Assembly: GCA_964016885.1 (NCBI GenBank)
Contig: OZ024746.1
Location: 50,902,001-50,966,000, forward strand
Direction: 5' to 3'
DNA length: 64,000 bases
From: Eledone cirrhosa
Lineage: Eukaryota
Made by a program: the position numbers and the translations under genes. Under the pieces are notes generated by a model. That model saw nothing but the letters and a program-made list of their open reading frames with translations. It had not been told where the DNA came from and ran no database searches. The number at the start of each line of letters is the position of its first letter. Within the stretch, counting starts at the first letter, position 1. Positions 36,320 through 49,352 of this stretch are shown here, piece by piece.

Positions 36320-37750
36320 ACCAGTAACACACTGGAATAATTACTGGCCTTGTGCCAAATGTAGAAACAATTATTATTAATGGCGGAGGATGGCAGTATC
36401 GGTATAGCGTTGGACACTATTTAGTGGCTAATAATTACCTCCCTTTACGTTTGGAATTCAAATCCCGAGGAGGTTAGCTTTGCCTTTCATCTTTATGGGG
36501 TTGATAAAATAAAGCACCAGTAATGTACAACCCTTCGATCTAATCGACTTCCCCCTTGCCTTCAAATTGCTGGCCTTATGTCTATAGTAAAAGCAATTAT
36601 TATTATTAAAAAATAAAGTATTACGGCCCTTTATGATCTGAGTTATATATATTTATATATATGCGTAGTTTCCAGTAGGTATATTGGTGTTGTACTACAC
36701 TCTGTTAAGTATTATTAGTATGGATTGGCAGTATCGGTAGAGGGTCGGACACCATGCTTTCCAGCATAGTTACGTCTCTTTACCGTCTGAGTTCAAATCC
36801 CGCCGAGGTTAACTTTGCCTTTCATCCTTACGGGGTCGATAAAATAAAGTACCAGTAATACACTGGGATAATTGCTGGCCTTGTGCCAAAAGTAGAAACA
36901 ATTATTACTATTGGCAGTATCGGTAGAGAGTCTGACGCCATGCTTTGCAGCACAGAGTTATGGCCTTTTATGGTCCGAGTTCAAATCTCGTCGAGGTTAA
37001 CTTTGCCTCTGATCCTTACGGGGTCGATTAAATAAAGTACCAGTAATACACTGGGTTAATTGCTGGCCTTGTGCCAAAAGTAGAAACAATTATTACTAAA
37101 CATTTAAGCGCGGTATACATTTGTTAAATAGTAATTCATAGTTATCTGTTCTTTGTCATTTGGACATGTCGTTGTCCCAACACAAATAACTTTGAAATAA
37201 TGGTTTCTTATTTAGGCACAAGGCTAGTAATGTGGGGCGGAGGGGAAAGTCGATTAAATCGACTGCAGTGCGTGACAGGTACTTTATTTTATCGACCCTG
37301 TAAGGATGAAAGGCACAGTTAACCTCGGTGGGATTTGAACTCAGATCATAAAGGGCCGTAACTCTATGCTGCAAAGCATGCCGCCCGACCCTCTACCGAT
37401 ACTGTCAATCCACCGCCCTCAAATAACTTTAAAATAATACTAGAACTTATTCTATATCCCCTGGAAATAGAAAACAGTGACTGAGGCGCCTACGAGGCAT
37501 CGATCTGCATCCGAGAGATGTAGGGTTTGATTTGCTCGATTATTATTATAGGTATTTATAAGGTGGATTGGCAGTATCGGTAGAGGGTCGGACGCCATGC
37601 TTTGCAGCAAAGAGTTACGGCCCTTTATGGTCTGAGTTCAAATCCTGCCGAGGTTAACTTTGCCTTTCATCCTTACGGCATCGATAAAATAAAGTACCAG
37701 TAATGTACTGAAATAATTGCTGGCCTTGTGTCAAATATAGAAACAATTAT
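36320..37750. mobile_element. SINE cluster (about six copies, both orientations)
   Basis: SINE consensus at 36380, 36720, 36910 and 37560 (+) and 37195-37420 (-). Confidence 0.85.
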
Positions 37751-38106
37751 TATAGGCATTTACGTTGGGTTGACCACATTTCAAATTTTATTTATATATC
37801 TAAACATATATACGTCCATATGTACTCACACACACAAACATGTATGTAAATATACATATGGAACTAGCTAATGAAACGGCAGGAACTCAGCCGTTAGGGT
37901 CCCGACTCTTTATAATATATAACATACTCTACAACCCCAGGTATCAAGTACTCTGTTGCGTAATGGTTTAACCTGCTTCAAACTGAATCCATCTATATAT
38001 ATATATATTTTTTTTTTTAAAGTTGAGACAGTAAACAGAAAACAAAAAAAAACGTGGAAGCGAAGAGGCAGTACAAATGTTATTAGTTTCACGCTTGAGA
38101 GTGGAG

Positions 38107-38130
<24 letters not shown>

Positions 38131-38138
<8 letters not shown>

Positions 38139-38683
38139 TTAGAAATTATAAGCTTTCACCGTATTTTTAGACTAAAGAAATTTCTAGCCTGATAGTGGGG
38201 TTTATAACCCTTGGAGAAATGGAAAAAGATGAGTGTTGCCGTACATGGGAGTCGAACCCACATTTTTGGTTATCCAGACCACTGTGCTACCATTACACCA
38301 ATACACATCCCATCTCTTTCCATTCGAATTAGAAGCTATGAACTTAGCAAGTGAATGATAAACAAGCAAATTATAAACGTAAACATGTAAGTATGTTTTT
38401 GAAGCGGTGCGCGAGTTTGAAATTAGAAATTAGTGGTGTAATGGTAGCACAGTGGTCTGGATAACCAAAGATGTGGGTTCGACTCCTATGTACGGCAACA
38501 CTCATCTTTTTCCATTTCTCCGAGGGTTATAAACCCCACTATCAGGCTAGAAATTTCTTTAGTCTAAAAATACGGTGAAAGCTTATAATTTCTAATTTCT
38601 AATTTCAAACTCGCGCACCGCTTCAAAAACATACTTACATGTTTACGTTTATAATTTGCTTGTATATATATATATATATATAC

Positions 38684-38743
<60 letters not shown>

Positions 38744-38930
38744 ATATGTATATATATATATATATACAAGCAAATTATAAACGTAAACATGTAAGTATGT
38801 TTTTGAAGCGGTGCGCGAGTTTGAAATTAGAAATTAGAAATTATAAGCTTTCACCGTATTTTTAGACTAAAGAAATTTCTAGCCTGATAGTGGGGTTTAT
38901 AACCCTCGGAGAAATGGAAAAAGATGAGTG
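38131..38930. mobile_element. 291-bp circularly permuted unit with a tRNA-like module, present as direct and inverted copies around (TA)n
   Basis: ATTAGAAATTAG recurs at 38131 and 38422. tRNA-like TGGTGTAATGG..GGTTCGACTCC at 38434-38495 (+) and 38238-38300 (-). 38497-38663 is inverted relative to 38766-38930. Confidence 0.75.
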
Positions 38931-38941
38931 TATATATATAT

Positions 38942-39571
38942 ACAATATGTTGAAAAGGTAACACTAAAGAGAGATAGTGTGCCATCAATAAAACAGGGAA
39001 AACCACCAGTGTATGGAGTCTATAATCTAAGGAAGGCAGGGTAGACACACAATAATTAAAAATATAAATTAAAATGTATATACGCACCTCTATAACTATA
39101 TAACACACGCATACAAATCCAAAGAGATCTGTTTCGCCAGGAAGTTGTTGACTGAAATGGAATAGCCTATGGTTCATCAGCGCGTGCAAGGCTATACATT
39201 CCAGACAACTCTAAGAGAATCTAAAGCGACTGTCCAGCTACACGCGGCAGAGAGATGTCACAGCGTGTTTAGGGCAGTGAACCAATGGTATCTGAAGGAC
39301 GAGCTGCTAGAAAGATAGACTCCATATACTGGTGGTTTTCCCTGTTTTATTGATGGCACACTATCTCTCTTTAGTGTGTTACCTTTTCAACATATTGTAA
39401 TTTAAAGAGCTCAGGATTCCTTTTCCTTTGAGCACATTATTGACAGGGAATAGCGAGATTCTATGGCTCCATTAATTTATCGTGATATTTCGCTCCTTAT
39501 AACAGTCTTTCCTCTCTTTCTGTTTGGTTGAGTACACTTCTTTGAGTGGTTTTTGGACTGCCCTTTCTAGC

Positions 39572-39575
<4 letters not shown>
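38942..39575. mobile_element. PLE-type terminal repeat with ~80-bp inverted repeat and hammerhead 39106-39186 (-)
   Basis: Arms 38942-39022 / 39314-39398. Minus strand CACGCG-CTGATGA-ACCA..TGGC-GAAA-CAGATC..GATTTG-TA-TGCGTG. Confidence 0.7.
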
Positions 39576-39612
<37 letters not shown>

Positions 39613-39927
39613 ACTCTTGGGGAGCGTCATATTGTAATATTTTTGCCAGAAACAATAACAGAACACACTCACTGTTTGGTTGGTTTTCGCTTCTGCATCT
39701 TTTATATCTCCATAGTTAATTCATTTGGCCATCAATGTGTATCATTATATATATCGTCCGATACCGGTTATTCGACCACCGATTATCTACAATGTAATTA
39801 TGTATTATGATATAAAATGCGTATCATAATTAATTGTAAGTAACATATTATATTTCATAATTAATCACATTGACAGTCGGCTTTCTTGATGATTTCCTGC
39901 GAATGAATTAGATCTAGCCCTGTAAAA

Positions 39928-39989
<62 letters not shown>

Positions 39990-39995
<6 letters not shown>

Positions 39996-41013
39996 AGTAT
40001 GTATGTATGTATGTATACGTACATACATATATGTATACAGACGTACAGTAGTATGTATATATATATACATACATGCACACATATATATATATGCACGTAT
40101 CGGTTTACCGAACATTTATTATAATGCTCGGTTTGTTTGTTTGTAAACAAACAAACAAACAAACAGCCCCAATTACGCCGTACAGTGTTTAGGCAACCAC
40201 GTCACCTTTTTGTTCAACACTGACACAGGAACGATGTACTAGTTTCAAGCTTATTAGCTATCGTCAGCATCTTATACCTTCCTGCCAGATGGTTGAACGT
40301 CTGAAAGTATATTCTTTCCTTATGCATATTAACGGCTGAGCAGCCTAATTTGCATATCGAATGAGATCAGTCGGCTGGGCGCACCGAAAACGATAAATGG
40401 AATAGAATGAAACGAAATTTCATTTCTCACTCTTGGTACGGCACTTACTTAAATGTAACTATGTATGTATGTATACGTACATACATATATGTATACAGAC
40501 GTACAGTAGTATGTATATATATACATACATGCACACATATATATATGCACGTATCGGTTTACCGAACATTTATTATAATGCTCGGTTTGTTTGTTTGTAA
40601 ACAAACAAACAGCCCGAATTACGCCGTACAGTGTTTAGTGACTGATCTCACTCGATATCCAAATTAGGCTGCTCAGTCGTTAATATGCATAAGGAAAGTA
40701 TATACTTTCAGACGTTCAACCATCTGGCAGGAAGGTATACGATGCTGACGATAGCTAATAAGCTTGAAGGTGACGTGGTTGCCTAACAATGTACGGCGTA
40801 ATTCGGGCTGTTTGTTTGTTTACAAACAAACAAACCGAGCATTATAATAAATGTTCGGTAAACCGATACGTGCATATATATATGTGTGCATGTATGTATA
40901 TATATACATACTACTGTACGTCTGTATACATATATGTATACATACATACATACTTACATTTAAGTAAGTGCCGTACTAAGAGTGAGAAATGAAATTTCGT
41001 TTCATTCTATTCC

Positions 41014-41019
<6 letters not shown>
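39990..41019. mobile_element. Retrozyme-like element, family A (~463-bp unit): about 1.4 tandem copies then an inverted copy
   Basis: Head-to-tail junction ..CACTTACTTAAATGTAACTATGTATG.. at about 40445-40470; hammerhead 40231-40271 (-); the inverted copy 40640-41019 has a deletion through its ribozyme. Confidence 0.82.
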
Positions 41020-41053
<34 letters not shown>

Positions 41054-41205
41054 AATTAATATCTAGTAACATATATATAGATACAGATGCATATCAATGC
41101 TAGCAAATATATAGGTTTTGTCTTAGTAACTTTGTGGTTCAATGCATGGGGTTGCAGAACAATAATATGAGAGAGTAAAATAAGAAAATTATTTCTTATT
41201 TTACG

Positions 41206-41254
<49 letters not shown>

Positions 41255-41258
<4 letters not shown>

Positions 41259-42930
41259 GGAGGTGAGTTTTATTGTAGTACTTCGCTAAATGTTCATAAT
41301 CCAACTCTAAATCAAGAAACTATTATTCCTATTATTCCTATCGCAAACAACTTCTCCAATCCAATTCCTTCTATAGATAACACTAGATCACTCATTAATA
41401 ATCTCTCTAATTGCAACTGCCGCATTAAAAATAAATGTCCTCTCAACAACCATTGTCTCGATAAAAACTTAATTTATGAATGTAAAATTATAACTAGCAC
41501 CAATTCCTTCACCTATTTTGGCTCCACTTCCACCTCTTTTAAAGCTCGTCTCTATAATCATCATTCATCTTTCAAATACAAACTTAAAAGAACTAACACT
41601 GCTCTCTCAGAACTCATATGGTCCTTAAAAGACAAAAACATTAAATATACCATCTTTTGGAAGAAGATTTCTTCTGCATCCTCATACTTGAACAGCTCTC
41701 TATCTAAAATCTGTAATCTCTGCCTAAATGAAAAATTTACCATTATCTCTAACCTAGATTCTATAATAAATAGACGCACAGATTTGTTTTCTATCTGCCT
41801 GCATACATTCCATAGAACTTTTCACAAAGTATACAGTTAATATTCAATTCTTTATCAATTTAGAATCTTTTCTCAAAGGCACATATACATACACCTCTTT
41901 AAAATATACCCATCTACCTTACTTTAAAGGGCATTATACACTCTATAATACTTGTTTACTCATTACCCTCATTCTATCTTCACCTTGTAAAATCATAACA
42001 TATACAATATTCATCCGCAATCATTATTATTTTTTCTCTCTATCATAAATCTTTTTAATCTCAATTTCATCCTTAATTTATTATTTTTTTCTCCCCATCA
42101 ACGAACTCATTATTAATACATATTAACTCTTTATTCGCATATATTATCAATTCAACCAATATACAAACTTTAACTTCACATTATTTTTCTCAAATCCTTC
42201 TACACACAAACCTTAATAATTTTTCTCTTCGTTAATTTTGAAATTGCCACAATATATACATTTCTTTTTTTGACGTTAGAATATTCATCCACAATTATTA
42301 TTTTTTTCTCTCTATCTTCATACATAATTTCCCTTCGTTAATTTTCAAATTCCTTTAATTTATACATTATCTTCCAACGGTTCCCAACCTCTCTATGTTA
42401 AAACAATATATCTTTTTCTCAGTTATAAAAACTATCACTTTCTCTCTATCACCCATCTCTCCCTCTCCACCTTCACTCTCATCTCCTCCCCCTTTTTTTC
42501 ATCCCCCCCTCCCTAAATAAAATATTTTTTCCTCGCACATATCCTCCCTTCGTTAATTTTCAAAATTTTAAATTTATACAGTATCTTCCAACGGTTTTCA
42601 ACCTCTCTATGTAAAAAATATATCTCCTCTCAGTTATAAAAACTATCTCTTTCTCTCTATCACCCATCTCTCCCTCTCATCTCCTTCCCTTTTCATCCTT
42701 TCCAACCCCCCCCTCTCTAAATAAAATATTTTTTCCCAATATCACACATCAATCTAAAACCACTTTCCATATGTTGATTTAAAACTGCACTATCCACAAG
42801 TGTTTTTTAGCCTTCATATCATGTTCTCCTGTTTTATCTGATGAAAACACAAATATTATTGCGTGATGATGTTTGTTTTTGAAATGCGCATAATAAAATA
42901 CATGGAACTCCTTTAACCATCTTTTGATCT
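41255..42930 (+). mobile_element. Naiad-like PLE 3' fragment with hammerhead 42832-42898
   Basis: CNCRIKNKCPLNNHCLDKNLIYECKI..TYFGSTSTSFKARLYNH..CNLCLNEK..CLH; sister of 7860-9380. Confidence 0.88.
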
Positions 42931-43064
<134 letters not shown>

Positions 43065-43749
43065 GCAAATGGATAGATATATACACATATAGATTGGTGG
43101 TGAAATATGAAAAACAATGGGTGTATTGACTACTAAGCAGACGAGATAGTTCTGACAGATGAAAACAGGATATCCGGCCAAAGAAAAAGTAGAAATGTAA
43201 AAAGCACAAAAAGCACTACATAGACGTATAGTGGTTCCACATAGCGGGAGATTGTGTTTAAAATAACTTCATAAATTTATCATGGATCATTGCTTGTGAA
43301 AAGTTGCAGAAATATGGCACTGGAAGCCATCTTTCTTTTTTTCTATCTTACTTACTTTTCTTTTATACATACATAAAAACATATATACATATATGGTGGC
43401 TGCCAACTCGTTTTCGAGTACGGCCATTACTTTATATCCGTGTAGGAGAACCACTACCGATGCGCTGAACGAGTGTGACTTTTTAGTCCAGCCAGCGACT
43501 TGAAAACTCTGGTACAAACACTACACTTGTGACAATTATTGACACATAGTGCTGGGCCCATGGTACCATGTGACGACAAGTGCAGAGAGATCTCCAGATA
43601 TAAAGCAATGCCTGTGCCGTGAAGCTTTTATAGTGAGCAAAGGCACTGCACAAAGCCAGTTCCACTCTCTTAACCAAGATGATATTTACCAAAAAGAAGA
43701 ACAAGTCAACATCATTGGATACCATCAGGGTTGCAGGTGTTATATCAGA

Positions 43750-44002
43750 GTTTTCCTTCTCCTAGAATTCTGCCTTGACAAAGGCTAAGGGGTCATCTCT
43801 CCCGGTGATTTTGGATGGCCATTGACTCTTAAGAGCTCCTTTGCCCTTTGACAGGTTTTGTTTTTAGTCCTGCAGGATGTCCAAAGTCACCCTCCTCACC
43901 AAGAAACCTTGGTGGGGTTGCCAGTTTAGTCGCCAACGACTCGACCATGAGACAGGTTGTACTGGGATACATGTTACCAGTAGCACCAACTGGTGACCTG
44001 AC
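43750..44002 (-). mobile_element. LINE (RTE-like) 5' UTR with possible degenerate HDV-like ribozyme
   Basis: Homologous to 63873-64000 (+): GGTCG(A/G)GTC..GGCGACTAAAC(T/C)GGCAA; downstream AGGAGAAGGAAAACTCTGAT. Confidence 0.45.
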
Positions 44003-44104
44003 ATAATATACATATATACATACATACAAACAAGCATACATATACACGTTCACGCACACATGCACCCCCCACACACACGCGCACGCACTCACACACACAG
44101 ACAC

Positions 44105-46020
44105 ACCGAACTGAGTGGTCTCCGTTCATAGCGAGGGAACCGGTTCGTACCTTCCACGCTCACTTCCGGGCCCATACAGGTATCCGCGGCTCCACCGCGT
44201 CGGCTTCCTCGTTTTTCAATGTAGGCGAAGTCCGGTCTCTTCTTAATAAGCCATAGCTAGCAGTTCCTCCAGGATTACTCTGTAGTGTGGTATCTGGGAT
44301 GAGTAATGAAGTCCTAGTCGTGTTGGTCCCGTCGTTGTTTCCTTCCGATGCGTTACTGTCAGCGGTAACGTAATTCATTAGACTGGATATGCACTTAATT
44401 TCCTCTCTGTAACCTGCATTATTTATGCACTTAATTTCCTCTCTGTAACCTACACTATTGAAGGTTTCCTGGCTAGCTGACAGAGAAGAAATCCTACGGG
44501 ATACGCTATTTACTATGGCCCTCTTGACTGACCTGGGATGGCTGGAGTTGGCATTTACGTACTTGAGGCACTCGTTCGGCTTGTGGTACGGTTAGTAGAG
44601 TCCGGATTCTAGATTGAGGGTAACATCTAGGAAGTTGACTATCTTGCTATTATTTTCTATGTCTATGCTGAGGCCTAGGTTTTTGAAAAATCTAATTAAG
44701 CTCTTTCTAGTCCTATTTATCATGCTTTTGCTGTGGTCGAGTAGCGTAAACAACGCTAACCATGGAGGAACTGCTAACCATGGCTTATTAAGAAGGGACC
44801 GAACTTCGCCTACATTGGAAAACGAGGAAGCCGACGCGGTGGAGCCGCGGAGGACATGTGTGGGCCCGGGGATGAGCGTGGAAGGTACGAACCGCTTCCC
44901 TCGCTATGAACGGAGACCACTCAGTTCGGAGTGCTCCGATCGGCATAACCAACCCACGGGCAACGACGAATTCGGGGGCATGGCTCTTCCAGACGTACAC
45001 AGCGACTACGTAACACATACTCTGACGGAACGAGTACAGGGACTGGTGACTACAACAGGAAGCGAACCCGTTCCCGTAATGTCATTTGGTTTAACCCCTC
45101 CTCCTCATTCTGATCCGGTTTACGTAACAACCTAGCGGCCTCTTTCTTCAGGGCTTTGGATAAGCACTTCCATAAGCAGCACCGGTACTACGCCATTTTC
45201 AACAGGCACATGAATGTAGGGTGAATACCAACAACCAAACCTTCACATATATCGGAGCCACGGCTAATAAATTTAAGGAACGCTGGTACAATCACTGCCA
45301 CACCTTTAGGAGAGTTGATAAGAAACACAGCACCGCCCTCTCAGAACTGGTGTGGCGTCTCAAACATGATAACTTAGAATACACCTTGTCATGGTCCAAG
45401 GTAGCCTCAGTCCAACCCTACAGAGGGGGTGGACATGACTCGTGCGATTTGTGTGTCACAGAGATTATGGAAATAATCGAGAGGGGAGCTCGAGTTATCA
45501 ATAAAAGGAGTAACCCCTTCAGCACCTGCCGCCACAGATCATCTGGAACCTTCCTCAAACTGTACGGACTAACAACATAGTTGTACTAGTTGAGGACTAT
45601 TGCAAGCTTGACCGTGGAACCCGGGTGTGACCACACAACAACCCCAGCGTCAGGCGAACCATAGGTATCTTGTTTGCATACCTGGAGTCTCTGTGTTTGC
45701 ACACCTGGAGTCATGTTTCACGTCCCTTGTTCCTTATTCTCTGTTTATATACCTACTGTTGTTTTTTATGTATTTTGTCCCGTTCTTTTATTATTATGTT
45801 CTCTATATGTGTTCTCAATTTCTTATCTGCTTGTTCCTGTCCCTACTTTCGCTTCCTGTAACTCTATTCCATAGTCTAACAGCCCTTTTAATAGTATTGA
45901 TGCCACTGTAGTTAAGACTAAATGCTATTGTGGTTAACCGTTTTTTCTGCACTGTAATTATTGCTAGCCTTGTGCCTTAGAATGATAGACAGGACTGTAT
46001 TAACTGTGCATGTATTTATT
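44105..46020. mobile_element. Rearranged Naiad-like PLE: inverted RT-thumb piece (44270-44755, -) plus linker and GIY-YIG (44760-45580, +) and 3' UTR
   Basis: Minus: IVNFLDVTLNLESG..PYHKPNECLKYVNANSSHP. Plus: TYIGATANKFKERWYNH..STALSELVWRLK..CDLC..CRH. 44105-44270 is inverted relative to 44760-44930. Confidence 0.85.
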
Positions 46021-46825
46021 TATATATATAAATAAATTTATTTATATATATAAATCTATATTTCTATCCCATTTTCGCTTCCTTGTTTCAACGGACTACT
46101 ATTGTGGTTAGTTTATTTTACATGGAAGCGTGGCCTTTTCTTGTTGCCGCTGTCACCGTGGTGGGATCATCACTGGTGTTGTTGTTGTTGTTGGTGGTGG
46201 TGTTACCACGGTCTGGTTCCTGGGTAACGGGTGCTCACTGACATTGGCTTGATACTAATATCATTGATACCACCACTACTACGACGAACGGGGTAAGTGA
46301 TGGGCGGTGTTAATGTTTGTTGCTGTTACTATTGTTGTTGTTGCTATATATAGTCATGGTGATTGATGCCACCAATTCTGTGTATCCACCTACCTCAGAA
46401 CTCCTGTTTATTGCTTTGGTGTTATCGTTGTTATTGTCGACGGGGTGATAACGTCACTACGACTGCTACGGCCTGTATACACGACGCTGGTCTGTGTTTT
46501 TGCTGCTGTTGTTGTTGTTGCTGTAACTGTTTACAGTAGCTGTTGCTTTCGTTGTTGTCAGCAGGGTAGTAATATCACTACGACTGATGCGGCCAGTGTG
46601 GACGGTATTGGTCAGCGTTTTGCTGTTATTGCCGTTATTGTTGTTGTCGTTGTCGTTGTTGTTGTTGTAGTTGTTGTCTATAGTTGGTTGTCAACAAAGT
46701 ATATACCCCACCCTCCCTCAGAGCTCCATTTATTGCTTCCACTGTCTACTGGGCTTTGGCTACACACAGTTTTTTCGTTTTTTTCGTTGATAGTTTTTCC
46801 TAGCAAACAAGACGGCTGGCAAACC

Positions 46826-47424
46826 CTTCAAGCTATCGTCAACAACATATACCTTCCTGCCAGATTGTTGAACGTATATGCATATTAACAGCTGAGAAGC
46901 CCAATTTGCATATCGAGTGGGTTAATCGGCCGGGTGTACCGAAAAGGATAAACGGAAAAAATGAAACGAAATTTCATTTCCCACTCTTAGTACGGCTGTT
47001 ACTTAAATATAAGTATGTACACGTACATACATATATGTATACAGACGTACAGTTGTATATATATATACATACATGCACACATATATATATGTACGTATGG
47101 ATTCACCGAACATTTGTTATAATGCTCGGTGTGTTTGTAAACAAACATCCCGTATTAAGCCGTAGTGTCCAGCAACCGTCGTTGTACATACTTATATTTA
47201 AGTAACAGCCGTACTAAGAGTGGGAAATGAAATTTCGTTTTATTTTTCCGTTTATTGTTTTCGGTGCACCCGGCCGATTAACCCACTCGATATGCAAATT
47301 GGGCTTCTCAGCTGTTAATATGCATATGGTAAGTATATACGTTCAACAATCTGGCAGGAAGGTATACGTTGTTGACGATAGCTAATAAGCTTGAAACTAG
47401 TACAGCGTTCTTTTGTCAGTGTTG
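46826..47424. mobile_element. Diverged retrozyme family A copy as an inverted pair; hammerhead 47367-47407 (C3U variant)
   Basis: Permuted relative to 39990-40460 and reads through the monomer junction; CGTTG-TTGACGA-TAGCTAATAAGCTT-GAAA-CTAG-TA-CAGCG. Confidence 0.8.
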
Positions 47425-49200
47425 GAGTACCCTATACTTGAGTCCTTGAGGGACCATACGCGGCTCGCGAGTTTCGTGGATGAACGTCTGTCCGGGTATA
47501 TGAAGGTAGACTGGTGGTTCAGGAAACGCTCCTTGAATCGGCCCTCCGCCATGCCCACATAGAATTTGACCTCCTGTGGTTCGTTTGGTCGGTTGGAAGT
47601 GACGACAGCTTCATAGATTACAGCTGGTGTGTTGCATTGTTGCTGAAGGGGGCAGGCTTCAGGCTTACGGAAAGAGCACCCTGGTGGGGTGTTGCTCCTA
47701 GGGCTGCTGGTGATGTGGGCCTTCATGTTCTTAGCGCAGGAGTATCCTAGTTTAACTTTATGTCGGTTAAAGATGGAGCGGTATTTATGACCTATGGAGA
47801 AGTGTCTATCTAAGAGGGCTAGACATTTTTTTCCTTCATTGGTTTTAACGTTGAGTGAGAAGGGAGGAGAGAACCAGATAGTTTGTCTATTGATGCGCTT
47901 ACTTTTCTTAATGGTGTTGTTGCTAGTGGGAGAGTAGGTGATAGGTTGTGAGAAGCCGCTGTTAGCCAACGCCGTGTTATAGTAGGGTGCCGCCCTGTCA
48001 AAGAAAGCCTTATTAGAGGAGAGGTTTGAGATTCTAGTACTGATATTATTTACGAAGTTTCTAAAAACAGTGTTAGGGTGGCATGAGTCCTTGTGAATGT
48101 AATTAAGTTTCTCGTTTAGCTTATGGAAGGGTCTGTGGGTGTGTGTGCGAAGGTCTAAATTAATGTCTAAGAAATCTACGCTAGAGACATTAGTGGCTAC
48201 TGTTATCCTAAGGCCTAACTCACTGAGGGTAGAAGCTAAGTCTTTTTTAAACCGGTCGAGGTCGTGACCACTTTTATGGCTCGATAAAGTCAGTCCATCG
48301 TCACGGTATATTCCCGCGTGGAGGTCCGGGAATCTAACACGTAATATGTCTAAGATAAAAAGGCCAACCAAGTCACATACGTCAGCGCTGTCAAACGATC
48401 CTATGGAGACGTCGAACAGGTCTGAAGATGTAGACTTCTTTGCCCAGGCTACTCCGTTGTTGAAGAGGAGGGTTTTCCAGCAGTGAGCGATGATTTCCCT
48501 GTCTAAACCATCGAGGGTGGTATAAGTGGTAGCGAAGTCCAACGCTTTGTTTAACAGGGTCTCTGAGATCGACGGGTAAAAATCGACAATGTCAAACTGT
48601 GTGAACTTCGCTTTCTTGGATTTTAAGGAGTTAAACCACTTAATTACGGAGTCGCTGTTCTCCCACTGGGGCAGATTGGACTTGGTCCTAAGGGTCTTAA
48701 CTATGTTTCTAAGTATGGGCTTACTGACTAGTCCCATATCTGTGCGTGCCGGGTTTATTAGTCTACATGTGGGGTTAGAAGTAAAGTCTACCTTGTGATC
48801 TTTCAGGGTGAGGAACGCCTCCCGCTTAGCTAGAGATTGTAGCTTCTTATCTACCTTAAGGTCGGTGGCGAGTTCCTTGGCTTCTGTATTAATGTCATGG
48901 TAGGCCATAGGGTTAGCTTTCTTATATTTAGGAGTAATAGCGTTATGGGCCAGGTGGCGGAAAGTGGTGTTGTCGACTTCGTAAATATTATTAGTTTTGT
49001 CGGAAAGGACGAAGGTGTTATTAGAAAACCTAAATTTCTTGATATCGTTTCTGAGTTTCGTTTGAAAGGTGTTAGTGTGTTTGCGAAAGGAAATGTTAGC
49101 GACTAAGTCAAGAAGGTCCGTCTCGAAAGGAGCAAGTTCGGTTACCTTAGGAGGGTAGGTTCTCGATTTCGGGTTGAAGGTGTTCCGGACTTTCGCAGTT
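47425..49200 (-). mobile_element. Young Naiad-like PLE ORF (RT plus GIY-YIG), truncated at both ends
   Basis: The frame stays open upstream of the listed ATG to about 49200 (FETDLLDLV..SDKTNNIYEV). QFDIVDFYPSI, GIYRDDGL, FLDINL, VIYEA..FYVGMAEGRFKERFLNH. Lacks the terminal CxxC..CxH. Confidence 0.93.
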
Positions 49201-49312
49201 ATCTCCCTTACACTCCCCGCACGCAGTCTAGTATTGCCTATGTGAAGTGACCGAGTTTCTGCGCATGCGCGCTCGTACGGTTGTCCTTCCTGTTCCTATA
49301 ACCATTCACATC

Positions 49313-49352
49313 CCGAGCTGAAGATCCGCGAAGGTGAAACAATTGTTCTCGG
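49313..49352 (+). ncRNA. Minimal type I hammerhead in an inverted terminal repeat (49200-49450) at the PLE 5' junction
   Basis: CCGAG-CTGAAGA-TCC(GCGAA)GGT-GAAA-C-AATT-G-TT-CTCGG. Confidence 0.8.

Noticed and set aside
38870-38920. Hammerhead in the 291-nt unit (CTGATAG..GAAA)
   Set aside because: Core reads CTGATAG rather than CTGANGA in all copies and stems I and III do not form.
44614-45135. 173-aa ORF
   Set aside because: Chimeric frame across an inversion junction; its first part is antisense to PLE RT.
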